Shown: positions 9,705 to 19,475 of the stretch, one piece after another
How the letters are laid out: each line of letters begins with the position of its first letter
How positions within the stretch are numbered: the stretch's first letter is position 1
NCBI GenBank assembly: GCA_037445065.1
Contig: JBBILD010000007.1
Span: forward strand, 64,001-128,000
DNA: 64,000 bases
Source of the DNA: Myxococcales bacterium
GTDB taxonomy: Bacteria; Desulfobacterota; Binatia; HRBIN30
Direction: 5' to 3'
Notes under the pieces: generated by a model
Told to the model about the DNA's origin: nothing
Databases searched by the model: none
The model's input: the letters and a program-made list of their open reading frames with translations, nothing else
Program-made: the position numbers and the translations under genes

Positions 9705-11162
9705 ATGTTGAAGATTCCTGCTAAGGGACGGAGCAAAGAGGAAATCCTGCGCGACCTCGAATCGTTTCGCGCCAACGATGTGGATTGGCGCAGCGGGCGC
9801 ACCTGGGCGTACGTGTACGATCCCGGACCGGAAGCCGAAGAGGTCATCAAGCAAGCCTACATGATGTACCTTTCCGAAAACGGCCTCGACCCAACCGCCT
9901 TTCCCAGCGCGCTGCGCCTGGAGACGGAGCTGGTTGCGATGGCGGCCAGTCACTTGCGCGGCGATGAGAACGTGGTCGGCAATTTCACCTCTGGTGGCAC
10001 CGAGAGCATTTTGCTGGCGGTCAAAACCGCGCGCGACTGGGCACGCGCCCATCGGCCGCAAGTCAGCGAGCCGGAGATCGTGCTTCCGGTCACTGCCCAC
10101 GCCGCGTTCCAAAAAGCAGCGCACTATTTTTGCGTGAAGCCGGTGCTGGTGCCAGTAGACCCGGTTACGTTCCGCGCCGACCCGGCCGCCATGGAGAGGG
10201 CCATCACACCGAACACCATCCTACTGGTCGGGTCTGCCGTGTCCTACGCACACGGGGTGGTGGATCCGATCCGCGAACTCGGAGAGATTGCCCAGCGGCA
10301 CGGCAAGATGTTCCATGTTGACGCATGCATGGGGGGCTTTCTCCTGCCCTATTTCCGCCGCCTCGGAGCCCCCGTGCCCGACTTCGAGTTTCACGTACCC
10401 GGGGTAACGTCGATCTCCATGGACTTTCACAAATACGCCTTTGCCGCCAAAGGCGCCTCGGTCATCCTCTATCGCAATGCCGAGCTGCGCCAGTATCAGA
10501 TTTTTACCTGTGCCTCGTGGACTGGCTACACGGTGGTGAACCCCACGGTGCAGAGCACCAAGTCAGCCGGGCCGCTGGCCGCCGCGTGGGCAGTCCTGAA
10601 TTTCTTCGGCGACGAGGGATACCTACGCATTGCACGCACGGTGCTGGAGGCCACCCGCTATCTGGCGAGCGAGATCGAGAAAATCCCCGGTTTGCGTCTC
10701 CTCGGAAAGCCGGACATGAACCTGATCGCCTTTACCTCGGATGAGGTGAACGTGTTTCACATCATGGACGAGATGAAGGCGCGTGGCTGGTACGTGCAAC
10801 CACAACTCGGGTACCTCGGATCGAAAGAAAACATCCACCTGTCGGTCAATCCGGCCAACGTGCGCTGGACCGAAGCGCTGCTTGCCGATCTGCGCGAGTG
10901 CGTGGAAGCGGCGCGCAAGGCGGCGAATGACGAGGCGGGCGCCCTCAAGGCGCTGTTGGATCAGGTGGACATTGACAAACTCAGCGCCGAGGAAATCCGG
11001 CAAATGCTGGCCTTTGCCGGCATCTCCGGCAGCTCGCTCCCGCAGCGCATGGCGAGCATTAGCACGCTCTTGAACTCCTTGCCACCAAAGTGGGCGGAAA
11101 AACTGCTCACTGCGTACATCAACGACCTCTACCGCTACCGCGAAGGTGGGGCGGGCACCTGA
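9705..11162 (+). CDS. PLP-dependent group II decarboxylase/lyase, sphingosine-1-phosphate-lyase-like
   Basis: 'GNFTSGGTESILLAVKTARD', 'HVDACMGGF', 'SISMDFHKY' PLP lysine; GGAGG before ATG 9705. Confidence 0.85.
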   Translation: MLKIPAKGRSKEEILRDLESFRANDVDWRSGRTWAYVYDPGPEAEEVIKQAYMMYLSENGLDPTAFPSALRLETELVAMAASHLRGDENVVGNFTSGGTESILLAVKTARDWARAHRPQVSEPEIVLPVTAHAAFQKAAHYFCVKPVLVPVDPVTFRADPAAMERAITPNTILLVGSAVSYAHGVVDPIRELGEIAQRHGKMFHVDACMGGFLLPYFRRLGAPVPDFEFHVPGVTSISMDFHKYAFAAKGASVILYRNAELRQYQIFTCASWTGYTVVNPTVQSTKSAGPLAAAWAVLNFFGDEGYLRIARTVLEATRYLASEIEKIPGLRLLGKPDMNLIAFTSDEVNVFHIMDEMKARGWYVQPQLGYLGSKENIHLSVNPANVRWTEALLADLRECVEAARKAANDEAGALKALLDQVDIDKLSAEEIRQMLAFAGISGSSLPQRMASISTLLNSLPPKWAEKLLTAYINDLYRYREGGAGT

Positions 11163-11178
11163 GCAACGAGGAAACCAC

Positions 11179-12633
11179 ATGTGGCGAGTCACCGGTTTGC
11201 TCCTCCTGGCAGTGGCCCTCTTTATGGGCCTGCTCGCGATGCGCGCCGAGCACCTGTCCTCGCGCCAGCCCGTGCCGCTCGCTGTGGAAGCGATCAGCCT
11301 CGACCGGGAGCGGGCGCTCGAGCGCTTTGCCGGAGCGATCCGCATCCCCACAATTTCGGACAGCGAAGAGGGTCCGGTACGCGGAGAGGAGTTCAGCCGC
11401 CTGCACGAGTACCTGGCCGCTAGCTTTCCGCTCGTGCACGCAGGTTTGAAGCGCGAGGTCGTGGGTGGTCACTCCCTGCTCTACACCTGGACGGGGCGTG
11501 ATCCGCGCCTTCCTCCGGTCGTTTTGATCGCTCACATGGACGTGGTTCCTGTGGAGCCTGGTACAGAGGCAAAATGGACCCACCCGCCGTTTGCCGGAGT
11601 GGTGGCGGACGGGTTCGTGTGGGGGCGCGGCGCACTCGACGACAAGATCGGCGTGCTCTCGCTCTTGGAGGCGGCCGAGTGGCTGCTGGGACGCGGCTTC
11701 GTGCCGGCCAGAACGCTCTACTTTGCCTTCGGGCACGACGAAGAGGTGGGGGGCGACAACGGCGCGCTGCGCATTGCCGAGGAACTAGCGGCGCGCGGCG
11801 TGCGGGCAGAGTTTGTGCTGGACGAAGGCGGCTCGCTCATTCGTGACTTTTTGCCTGGCCTATCCGGCCCGGTGGCCTGCGTCGGGATCGCGGAAAAAGG
11901 CAGCGTGGCGGTACGGCTGGAAGTGCGCGCCGAGGGCGGGCACTCCTCTTCACCCCCGCCTCATAGCACCATTGGGCTGTTGGCCCGAGCCCTGACCCGC
12001 ATCGAGGAGCGCCCCATGCCTGCCAAACTGGTGGCTCCGATGCAGGCACTGCTGGAATGGTTGGCGCCGGAGCTTTCGTGGTCGTACCGCTTGGTGTTGG
12101 CCAACTTGTGGCTGAGCAAGCCACTGTTGTTGCGGTTAATGCAGGGCCATGCGGCGACCAACGCGGCAGTTCGCACCACCGCCGCAGTCACCATGGCTGG
12201 CGGTGGGGTGAAGGAAAACGTGCTGCCCTCGTCGGCCTGGGCGGTCGTGAACTATCGCATTTTGCCTGGCGATACGATCGAGCAGGTGCTCGAACACGTG
12301 CGCAAAGTGGTGGATGATCCGGCAGTACAGGTCGAAGCCTTGCCGAGGGGACGCGAGGCCTCAGCGGTCTCCTCGCCCATGCACCCGTCGTTTCAGCAAC
12401 TTGCCGCCTTGATTCGCGCCGTCTTCCCAGACTCGGTGGTCGCGCCCTACCTGACCATCGGCGGAACCGATGTGCGCCACTACCAGCGCATCAGTGATCA
12501 GTTGTACCGGCTCACGCCCATCGTGGTGGAGCGCAGCGATCTGGCGCGCTTGCATGGCACGGACGAGCGGGTCAGCGTCGAGAACTACCTGCGCGCAATC
12601 GAGTTCTACGTACACTTGATGCAGCGGCTCTGA
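11179..12633 (+). CDS. M20 metallopeptidase/amidohydrolase (carboxypeptidase S/PM20D1-like) with N-terminal signal or anchor
   Basis: 'AHMDVVP', 'GRGALDDK', 'GHDEEVGG', 'DEGG', 'GGHSSSPP', 'LHGTDE'. Confidence 0.9.
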   Translation: MWRVTGLLLLAVALFMGLLAMRAEHLSSRQPVPLAVEAISLDRERALERFAGAIRIPTISDSEEGPVRGEEFSRLHEYLAASFPLVHAGLKREVVGGHSLLYTWTGRDPRLPPVVLIAHMDVVPVEPGTEAKWTHPPFAGVVADGFVWGRGALDDKIGVLSLLEAAEWLLGRGFVPARTLYFAFGHDEEVGGDNGALRIAEELAARGVRAEFVLDEGGSLIRDFLPGLSGPVACVGIAEKGSVAVRLEVRAEGGHSSSPPPHSTIGLLARALTRIEERPMPAKLVAPMQALLEWLAPELSWSYRLVLANLWLSKPLLLRLMQGHAATNAAVRTTAAVTMAGGGVKENVLPSSAWAVVNYRILPGDTIEQVLEHVRKVVDDPAVQVEALPRGREASAVSSPMHPSFQQLAALIRAVFPDSVVAPYLTIGGTDVRHYQRISDQLYRLTPIVVERSDLARLHGTDERVSVENYLRAIEFYVHLMQRL

Positions 12634-12944
12634 GCGGGCGTTCGAGCAGCAGCGCGGCAGCTAGCAACCCGATGGCCGAAGGCGAGCTTCGGCTCCTGTT
12701 CCCCGCGCGAGCCGCTACCCAGTTTGGGCTGTGCTGGTACGGGTGCGAACGCGCGCAGGGAGACACTCGGCCGGAGGCGGGAAAACACAGAGTCTCCGTG
12801 TGGTACCGGGGGGGTGAGGAGTGGGAGCGAGGGGATCGTATGAGAGAGATCACGGGCCAGAGTAGGTGCACCGGGATCGGGCCCTCGCGGTACACCAACA
12901 GGGCAAGCAGCGGCGGGCAATAAAAATAAGGAAAGGGCTGGGGG

Positions 12945-12973
12945 TTGCCTGGAAGCGAAAATTTGGCGAAAAT
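12945..12973 (+). promoter_or_regulatory. Candidate imuA promoter (TTGCCT-N17-GAAAAT) overlapped by a GCGAAAAT direct repeat with 11-bp period
   Basis: TTGCCT 12945-12950; GCGAAAAT at 12955-12962 and 12966-12973; ATG at 12982. Confidence 0.45.
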
Positions 12974-12981
12974 CAGGGACC

Positions 12982-13755
12982 ATGCAGTTCCTGTCCGTGG
13001 CTTCCCCAGTACCCGATCTAGCTTCTAGCCCCGGCGGCCAACCAAGCGGGCCGAACAAGCTCCAGCAGGCTGGGAAGGCACCTGCCCCAGCAGTTCCGTT
13101 GTTTCCGGGGCTGCGGCGAGGAAGCGCCAGCGAACCTCTGGCGCGCCTGTCCTCTGGCTGCCCTGCCGTAGATGCACTGCTCGGTGGTGGGTGGCCACGC
13201 GGGCGAATCAGCGAGTTGTGCGGCCCCCGTTCGAGTGGGCGCACTGCTTTGGCGTTGCATACTGCAGCGACCGTGACGCGCAGCGGCGGGTTTGTGGCTT
13301 GGGTAGACGGAGCCGATACCCTCTCCCCTCTTTCCCTTGCCTGGTCTGGGGCCATCTTGTCGCAAATCTACTGGGTGCGCCCGCCGGATTTCCGAGTCAG
13401 TCTGCGCTGCGCGGAATTGTTACTGCAGAGCACGGGCTTTTCCCTGCTCGTGCTCGACTGCGGCGATACGCCCCCGCGCCTTTCCAGCTCTGCACCCTGG
13501 ATACGATTGCAGCGCGCCGCCGAGCAAGCAGGCGCCGCTCTGTTGCTTCTCTCCCCCCGTGCCCTAGCGGGCAGCTTCACAGCTCTGCGCTTGCGCCTCG
13601 AACGGCGCCGCCCGTACTGGCAAGGAGGCGCCTGGCCGCTGTTTCTCGGGTGGGAAAGTACGGGGGTTATCGAGCGCAACAAGCTCGGCAGGGAGGGAAA
13701 ACGCCTCTTGCTTCCGGTGCGTACCTTCGAGCGCCTCACTCCGGGTGGCGCATGA
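12982..13755 (+). CDS. imuA: ImuA (RecA-like mutasome accessory protein)
   Basis: 'LSSGCPAVDALLGGGWPRGRISELCGPRSSGRT' degenerate Walker A, 'AWVD', 'LLVLD'; first gene of an imuB-dnaE2 cassette. Confidence 0.85.
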   Translation: MQFLSVASPVPDLASSPGGQPSGPNKLQQAGKAPAPAVPLFPGLRRGSASEPLARLSSGCPAVDALLGGGWPRGRISELCGPRSSGRTALALHTAATVTRSGGFVAWVDGADTLSPLSLAWSGAILSQIYWVRPPDFRVSLRCAELLLQSTGFSLLVLDCGDTPPRLSSSAPWIRLQRAAEQAGAALLLLSPRALAGSFTALRLRLERRRPYWQGGAWPLFLGWESTGVIERNKLGREGKRLLLPVRTFERLTPGGA

Positions 13756-13777
13756 GGCCAGCGCAGGAGGGGCGGGA

Positions 13778-15265
13778 ATGCCAGTGGCGTGTTTGTACGT
13801 ACCCGATTTCCCACTTGCTGCTTGGATTCGCGCCCAGCCGGAACTCGGAGAAGCACGTCTTGCCATCGCCCGCACGAGCGGGGCGCAGGCAGAACTCGTG
13901 GCTGTCTCCGCTGCGGCCCGCCAGCGTGGGGTCCTGCCAGGCATGCGCGCCGCGCAGGCGTGGAGTCTGGATCCATCGCTCCTGATTCGCCCCCTTTCGC
14001 CTGCCTTGCTAGCGAGCGCACAAGCTGCCTTAGCGGACTGTGCTGCCTCGTTTTCCCCTTGCGTGGAAGATGCTGGCGATGGCGTGGTGTATCTGGATTT
14101 GCAGGGGCTCATCGGCACCTTGTTTCCCTCGCTGCGCGCTCTGGTCACGGCACTGACCCAGCGTGCAGCGCGCTTCGGGCTTCCTGCACGGGTCGGCGTC
14201 GCGAGAACCAAGCTGGCTGCCCGCTTAGCGGCACGCCAAGGGGACGGGGTCACCCTGCTTGCGCCCCACGAGGAAAGCGAGTTCCTCGCCGCGCTTCCGA
14301 TCGCAGTGCTGCAGCCGAGCGAAGCAGTGGCCGCCACGCTGCAGCGGTGGGGCATTGCCACCCTCGGGCAGCTCGCTGCCCTGCCCGCAGCAGGAGTGGG
14401 AAGCCGGTTGGGTCCGGAAGGAGTCGCGTTGTGGCGCCAGGCACGAGGCGAAGATCCCCATCCTCTGGTGCCCCGCCCGCAACCCGTTTTTTTCGAGGAG
14501 GGGATTGACCTCGACTACGGGGTGGAATCGCTCGAGCCGTTCGCGTTTGTCTTGCGCGGACTCCTCGAGCGCCTCACCACCCGCCTCGCTGCACAAGGAT
14601 GGCTGTGCAGCGCTTTGCACCTGCGCTTGCGCCTGGCCATGCGGCAGCGGGAAGAACACACGCTGCCGGTCGCGTGGCCGCACAACGAAGTCAAGCCTTT
14701 GCTCGCTTTGCTTCGCTTTCACCTCGAGCAGCATCCGCCCCAGGCCCCGATCGAAGGCGTGGTGCTGCGCGCCCTGCCCCATCCGGCACGCCCACTCCAG
14801 CTCGACCTCTTTCGCTCTGCCGGACCCACGGCAACCACCTGGGGGGCCACGCTGACCCAAGTGCTCGCCCTGTGCGGCCCGCAACGGTGCGGCACACCCG
14901 GCGTGCTCGCCTCGCACCGCCCGCAAGCGCATTGCCTCGGCGCGTTTGACCCGATCCAGACTGCGCGCACCACAGCTCCGGCAACCCCGGTGGCTTCCTT
15001 CCCGGTGCTGGCGCTCCGCCACTGGCGGCCACCGCGCCCGGTGGAGGTGTTTTGCGATCGCGACCGGCCCGATTTCGTGCGTGGCGAGGGCGTGGGCGGA
15101 CGCGTGGTGAGCTACGCCGGCCCGTGGCGTTTGCAAGGCGAGTGGTGGCAGGCCGATGCCTACGACCGCACGTACTACGACGTGCACCTGAGCGATGGCG
15201 GTATTTACCGGGTGTACCGTGAAGAGCCGGCAAACCAATGGTTCGTAGAAGGCGTGTACGACTGA
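13778..15265 (+). CDS. imuB: ImuB (catalytically inactive Y-family polymerase)
   Basis: 'ACLYVPDFPL', 'FSPCVE..GDGVVYLDL', beta-clamp motif 'QLDLF', C-terminal 'GPWRLQGEWW...RTYYDV...WFVEGVYD'. Confidence 0.9.
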   Translation: MPVACLYVPDFPLAAWIRAQPELGEARLAIARTSGAQAELVAVSAAARQRGVLPGMRAAQAWSLDPSLLIRPLSPALLASAQAALADCAASFSPCVEDAGDGVVYLDLQGLIGTLFPSLRALVTALTQRAARFGLPARVGVARTKLAARLAARQGDGVTLLAPHEESEFLAALPIAVLQPSEAVAATLQRWGIATLGQLAALPAAGVGSRLGPEGVALWRQARGEDPHPLVPRPQPVFFEEGIDLDYGVESLEPFAFVLRGLLERLTTRLAAQGWLCSALHLRLRLAMRQREEHTLPVAWPHNEVKPLLALLRFHLEQHPPQAPIEGVVLRALPHPARPLQLDLFRSAGPTATTWGATLTQVLALCGPQRCGTPGVLASHRPQAHCLGAFDPIQTARTTAPATPVASFPVLALRHWRPPRPVEVFCDRDRPDFVRGEGVGGRVVSYAGPWRLQGEWWQADAYDRTYYDVHLSDGGIYRVYREEPANQWFVEGVYD

Positions 15266-15301
15266 TGATGCGCACCCGAACGAACGCGAGCGAGACCTAA
15301 A

Positions 15302-18300
15302 ATGCCGTACGTCGAGCTGCGCGCCCATTCTGCTTTCGATTTCCTGCGTGCGGCCTCGCTCCCGGAGGACTTGGTCGAACGCGCTGCAGCCCTCGGCTAT
15401 CGCACGCTAGCACTCGCCGACCGCGACGGCGTCTACGGCGCCCCTCGCTTCCACATGGCCGCCCGCACTGCAGGCGTGCGTGCCTTGGTCGGGTGTGAAC
15501 TGAGCTTGCACCTCCCTTCACCACCCGTTGCGCCAGCCACTGCTCCCCCGCCACTTCCATCCTTGTACGTGCTGGTGCAAAACCGCACCGGCTATCGCAA
15601 CTTGTGCCGCACCATCACAGCCGCCAAGCGAACGGCTCCAAAAGGAGAGTCCCATCTTGGCTGGGAGCAGCTCGAAAGCAACACCGAGGGGCTCATCTGC
15701 CTGGTACGCGATCTGCTGCTCTTTCCGCCGCCAGCAGAGTCGCCCACTTCCCTGCTCGAGCGGTTGCAGCGCTTGTTCCCGGGGCGCCTGTATCTCGAAC
15801 TGCAGCGCCACTTCGACGAACAAGAGGAGCGCGCCAATCGCTACTTGCTGGCGCTGGCCAGCGCCTTTGGCCTGCCGGTGGTAGCCACCAACGAGGTACG
15901 GCACACGACGCCGCGGGGGCGCGCACTGCTCGACGTCCTCACCTGCATTCGCCACCACACCACGCTCGACGATGCGGGATGGCTCCTGGCACGCAATGCC
16001 GAGCGCCACCTCAAGGCACCGGGTGAAATGGCAGCCTTATTTCGCGACCTGCCCGCAGCCATCCACAATACCGAGCGCATTGCCGAGCAATGTGAGTTCA
16101 CCCTGGCCGATCTTGGCTACCGCTTTCCCGACTACCCATTGCCGCCCGGCGAAAGCGCGATGGCCCACCTGCGCGAGCTGGTTTACCGCGGGGCCCGCGA
16201 GCGCTACCGCACCCTCACCCCCGCCGTGCGACGCCAGCTCGAGCACGAGTTGCAGGTGATCGGCAAGCTCGACCTGGCGGGATACTTTCTGATCGTCTGG
16301 GACATTGTGCGGTTTTGCCGCGAGCAGGGCATCCTGGCACAAGGGCGCGGCTCGGCAGCGAACAGTGCCGTGTGTTACGCACTGGGGATCACCGCCGTCG
16401 ATCCGGTAGGAATGGAGTTGCTGTTCGAGCGCTTCCTTTCCGAGGAGCGAGGCGAGTGGCCGGATATCGACATTGACCTGCCCAGCGGCGAGCAGCGCGA
16501 GCGCGTGATCCAGTATGTCTACCAGCACTACGGGCCGCACGGTGCGGCGATGACCGCCAATGTGATCACCTACCGCTTGCGCAGTGCCGTACGCGAAGTC
16601 GGGAAAGTCCTCGGACTTGTCCCCGAGCAAGTAGATCGGCTGGCGCGCCTCCTGCACCGCTTCGAGTTCCGCGACCCGCGCGACGATCTGCTGCCGCAAC
16701 TTCCGGCTGCCGGGCTCGACCCCACCGCGCCGCGCGTCCGCTGGTTCGCTCAGTGCGTGCGTGCAATCCTGCACCTGCCCCGCCACCTAGGCCAGCATTC
16801 TGGAGGCATGATCATCGCTGCTGGGCGCCTGGACGAAATCGTGCCCCTCGAGCCAGCGCGCATGCCCGGGCGGGTGGTGGTACAGTGGGACAAAGACGAT
16901 TGCGCTGACCTGGGCATCATCAAAGTGGACCTGCTCGGCTTGGGCATGATGGCGGTCCTCGAAGACGCCATCCCGCTCATCCGCCAGCACGAAGGCGTGG
17001 AGATCGATCTTGCCCACCTGCCCGCCAACGATGCAAAAACCTACGAGCAACTCCAGCGCGCCGACACCATCGGTGTGTTCCAAGTGGAAAGCCGCGCCCA
17101 AATGGCCACCCTCCCTCGCTTGCGCCCGCGCTGTTTCTACGACCTGGTCGTGGAAGTAGCGCTCATCCGCCCCGGGCCCATCGTGGGGCAAATGGTGCAC
17201 CCGTACTTGCGCCGGCGCGCCGGGCGGGAACCGATCACGTATCCTCACCCCTCGCTCGAACCAATCTTGCGGCGCACGCTCGGGGTGCCGCTGTTTCAAG
17301 AACAGCTGTTGCGCATTGCCATGACCGTCGCTGGCTTTTCCGGTGGCGAAGCGGAAGAGCTGCGCCGCGCCATGGGCTTCAAGCGCTCCCTGGAACGCAT
17401 GCGAGCCATCGAAGCTCGCCTGCGTCAGGGCATGGCAGAGCGCGGAATTACCGGCGACACTGCCGAGCAAATCGTCCGCAGCATCACCTCGTTTGCCCTG
17501 TATGGTTTTCCAGAGTCACACGCGGCCAGCTTTGCTCTGCTGGCGTATGCCTCTGCGTACCTCAAAGCCCACCACCCGGCAGCCTTTGCCTGCGCCTTAC
17601 TCAATCACTGGCCGATGGGATTTTACCACCCTGCCACAATCGTGAAGGATGCCCAGCGCCACGGCGTGCGCGTGCTGCCCATGGATGTCACTCGCTCGCG
17701 CTGGGAGTGTACGTTGGAGCGTGCCGCGCCCGGCCAGCCGTTGTGCCTGCGCCTGGGTTTGCGCTTCGTTGCCGGGTTGCGCAGCGCGGCGGCCGAGCAA
17801 CTCGTGCGCGAGCGCGAACAAAGCCCGTTTCGTTCGCTCGAAGATTTGGTGCGCCGCTGCGCGTTACGCAGCGAAGAACTCGAACGCCTGGCTGAGATCG
17901 GCGCCTTCGCCTCCTTCGGCCACACCCGCCGTGCAGCCCTCTGGCAAGTGACAGGAATCGCGCGCGGGCCGCTCTTTAGCAAATCCGCTTCATCGGCAGA
18001 GCACACCCACCGGCAAGATCGCACAGAAGCAAGCCCGCTTGCGGACATGAGCGCGTGGGAACGCACGCTTGCAGACTACCGCGGAACCGGGCTCACCGTC
18101 GGCCCGCATTTGCTGGCCCACTTGCGCTCCTATCTCGACCAGCGTGGTGTAGTACGGGCCCAGCAGCTCGCCACTCTCGCCAACGGGCAGTGGGTGCGGG
18201 TGGCAGGTTTGGTCATTGTCCGGCAACGTCCCGGCACAGCAAAGGGCTTTTGCTTTCTGACCTTGGAAGACGAAACCGGCATTGCCAACGCTGTTCTCTC

Positions 18301-18490
18301 CCCCACCCTTTTCGATCGCTATCGCACCCTCGTTCACACCGCTCCCCTGCTGCTCGCGGAAGGCCCGCTGCAAAAGGTGGACGGGGTCATTCACGTACGC
18401 GCCCAGCGCTTGACGGCTCTCGCCCTCCCCCGCCCGCGTCTTACGCAGCGGGGGCGCGGCTACCGCATGCGCTTGACCCCAGAGGAATAG
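15302..18490 (+). CDS. dnaE2: Error-prone DNA polymerase DnaE2
   Basis: PHP domain 'YVELRAHSAFDFL', 'GRGSAANSAVCY', 'PDIDID', 'PRHLGQHSGG', 'YGFPESHAASFA', OB fold 'RQRPGTAKG'. Confidence 0.96.
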   Translation: MPYVELRAHSAFDFLRAASLPEDLVERAAALGYRTLALADRDGVYGAPRFHMAARTAGVRALVGCELSLHLPSPPVAPATAPPPLPSLYVLVQNRTGYRNLCRTITAAKRTAPKGESHLGWEQLESNTEGLICLVRDLLLFPPPAESPTSLLERLQRLFPGRLYLELQRHFDEQEERANRYLLALASAFGLPVVATNEVRHTTPRGRALLDVLTCIRHHTTLDDAGWLLARNAERHLKAPGEMAALFRDLPAAIHNTERIAEQCEFTLADLGYRFPDYPLPPGESAMAHLRELVYRGARERYRTLTPAVRRQLEHELQVIGKLDLAGYFLIVWDIVRFCREQGILAQGRGSAANSAVCYALGITAVDPVGMELLFERFLSEERGEWPDIDIDLPSGEQRERVIQYVYQHYGPHGAAMTANVITYRLRSAVREVGKVLGLVPEQVDRLARLLHRFEFRDPRDDLLPQLPAAGLDPTAPRVRWFAQCVRAILHLPRHLGQHSGGMIIAAGRLDEIVPLEPARMPGRVVVQWDKDDCADLGIIKVDLLGLGMMAVLEDAIPLIRQHEGVEIDLAHLPANDAKTYEQLQRADTIGVFQVESRAQMATLPRLRPRCFYDLVVEVALIRPGPIVGQMVHPYLRRRAGREPITYPHPSLEPILRRTLGVPLFQEQLLRIAMTVAGFSGGEAEELRRAMGFKRSLERMRAIEARLRQGMAERGITGDTAEQIVRSITSFALYGFPESHAASFALLAYASAYLKAHHPAAFACALLNHWPMGFYHPATIVKDAQRHGVRVLPMDVTRSRWECTLERAAPGQPLCLRLGLRFVAGLRSAAAEQLVREREQSPFRSLEDLVRRCALRSEELERLAEIGAFASFGHTRRAALWQVTGIARGPLFSKSASSAEHTHRQDRTEASPLADMSAWERTLADYRGTGLTVGPHLLAHLRSYLDQRGVVRAQQLATLANGQWVRVAGLVIVRQRPGTAKGFCFLTLEDETGIANAVLSPTLFDRYRTLVHTAPLLLAEGPLQKVDGVIHVRAQRLTALALPRPRLTQRGRGYRMRLTPEE

Positions 18491-18563
18491 GCGCTGCCGA
18501 CAGGAGCTCGCTCTCGCAACGCCTCCCCAGCCCCCATCTCAGGGCAGAACCCGGGGCGAGGCG

Positions 18564-19475
18564 TCAACGGGAAGATGAAGCGGACTCGGCCCGCTTGCGC
18601 ACGAACGCAAGCCAGTTCGCGATCTCGCGGCGGCGCACGGAATCATCGAGCAAAGTGCGGTCGGCCCCCAACTCCTGCGCCGCTTCGGCGCACCCCGGGT
18701 CTCGGTGCAAAGCTTCGCACGCAGCCACGAAACGCTCGACTGCCGCTTCGCTCGCAAAGCGGCGCTGCCGCAACAGCTCCTCGGCGCGAAACACACACAA
18801 GCGCGCGATCTCGTGAAAGTCGTACTCCGGATGGTACTGCACGCCCCAAAACGGCGCCGGTGTCTCCAGCGCGAGGGCCTGCACCGGCGAGTACAGGTTG
18901 GCAGCAAGCCACTGCGCTCCCTCGGGGAGCGTGACCACGTGGTCCGCGTGGCTCGTGAAGGCAAGAAAGGCCGCAGGTTTGCGCGTGTACATGGGGTGCT
19001 CGACGGCTGCAGCCAGCAACTGAATGGGCTGTGCGATCCCGAATTCCCGCCCCACGGGATGGGCTGCACAACGCCCGCCAAAGGCCACCGTGGCCAGTTG
19101 TACTCCCCAGCAACTCCCGAACTGCGGGACGCCACGGGCCGCGGCTGCGCGAACCAATTCGATCTGCCGCTGCACGCGCGGGTCCTGGTCGTGGTACACC
19201 GTGAGGCTCGAACCGGTCCACACCACCCCGCCGTAGCGCTCGAGTTCCCCGCCGCTGGGAAGCGGGCAATCCAAGTCGGCTGCGCACACCACGTCCACCG
19301 CCACGTCTGCGGCAAGTCGCAGGAGAACCCAGCGCCACAGCTCTCCTGCCTCGCTGGCGCCTGCCTCACGCAGGCGCTGGCGCACCTCGCGCGGGTACGC
19401 CTCGCATACCAAGATCGCCAGGCCCTGGCTGCGTCTTGCCGCCAACAACTTGCCCTCAGCGCGGCATGTCGCCAC
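18564..19475 (-). CDS. Class I glutamine amidotransferase-like protein
   Basis: 'FGSCWGVQL' nucleophile elbow and 'VQYHPE' complete the Cys-His-Glu triad; start uncertain. Confidence 0.85.
   Translation of the reverse strand: MATCRAEGKLLAARRSQGLAILVCEAYPREVRQRLREAGASEAGELWRWVLLRLAADVAVDVVCAADLDCPLPSGGELERYGGVVWTGSSLTVYHDQDPRVQRQIELVRAAAARGVPQFGSCWGVQLATVAFGGRCAAHPVGREFGIAQPIQLLAAAVEHPMYTRKPAAFLAFTSHADHVVTLPEGAQWLAANLYSPVQALALETPAPFWGVQYHPEYDFHEIARLCVFRAEELLRQRRFASEAAVERFVAACEALHRDPGCAEAAQELGADRTLLDDSVRRREIANWLAFVRKRAESASSSR

Noticed and set aside
12634..12944. Possible sRNA or 83-aa ORF upstream of imuA
   Set aside because: Only one short hairpin (GCCGAAG/CTTCGGC near 12675-12693); no recognisable RNA family or protein motif
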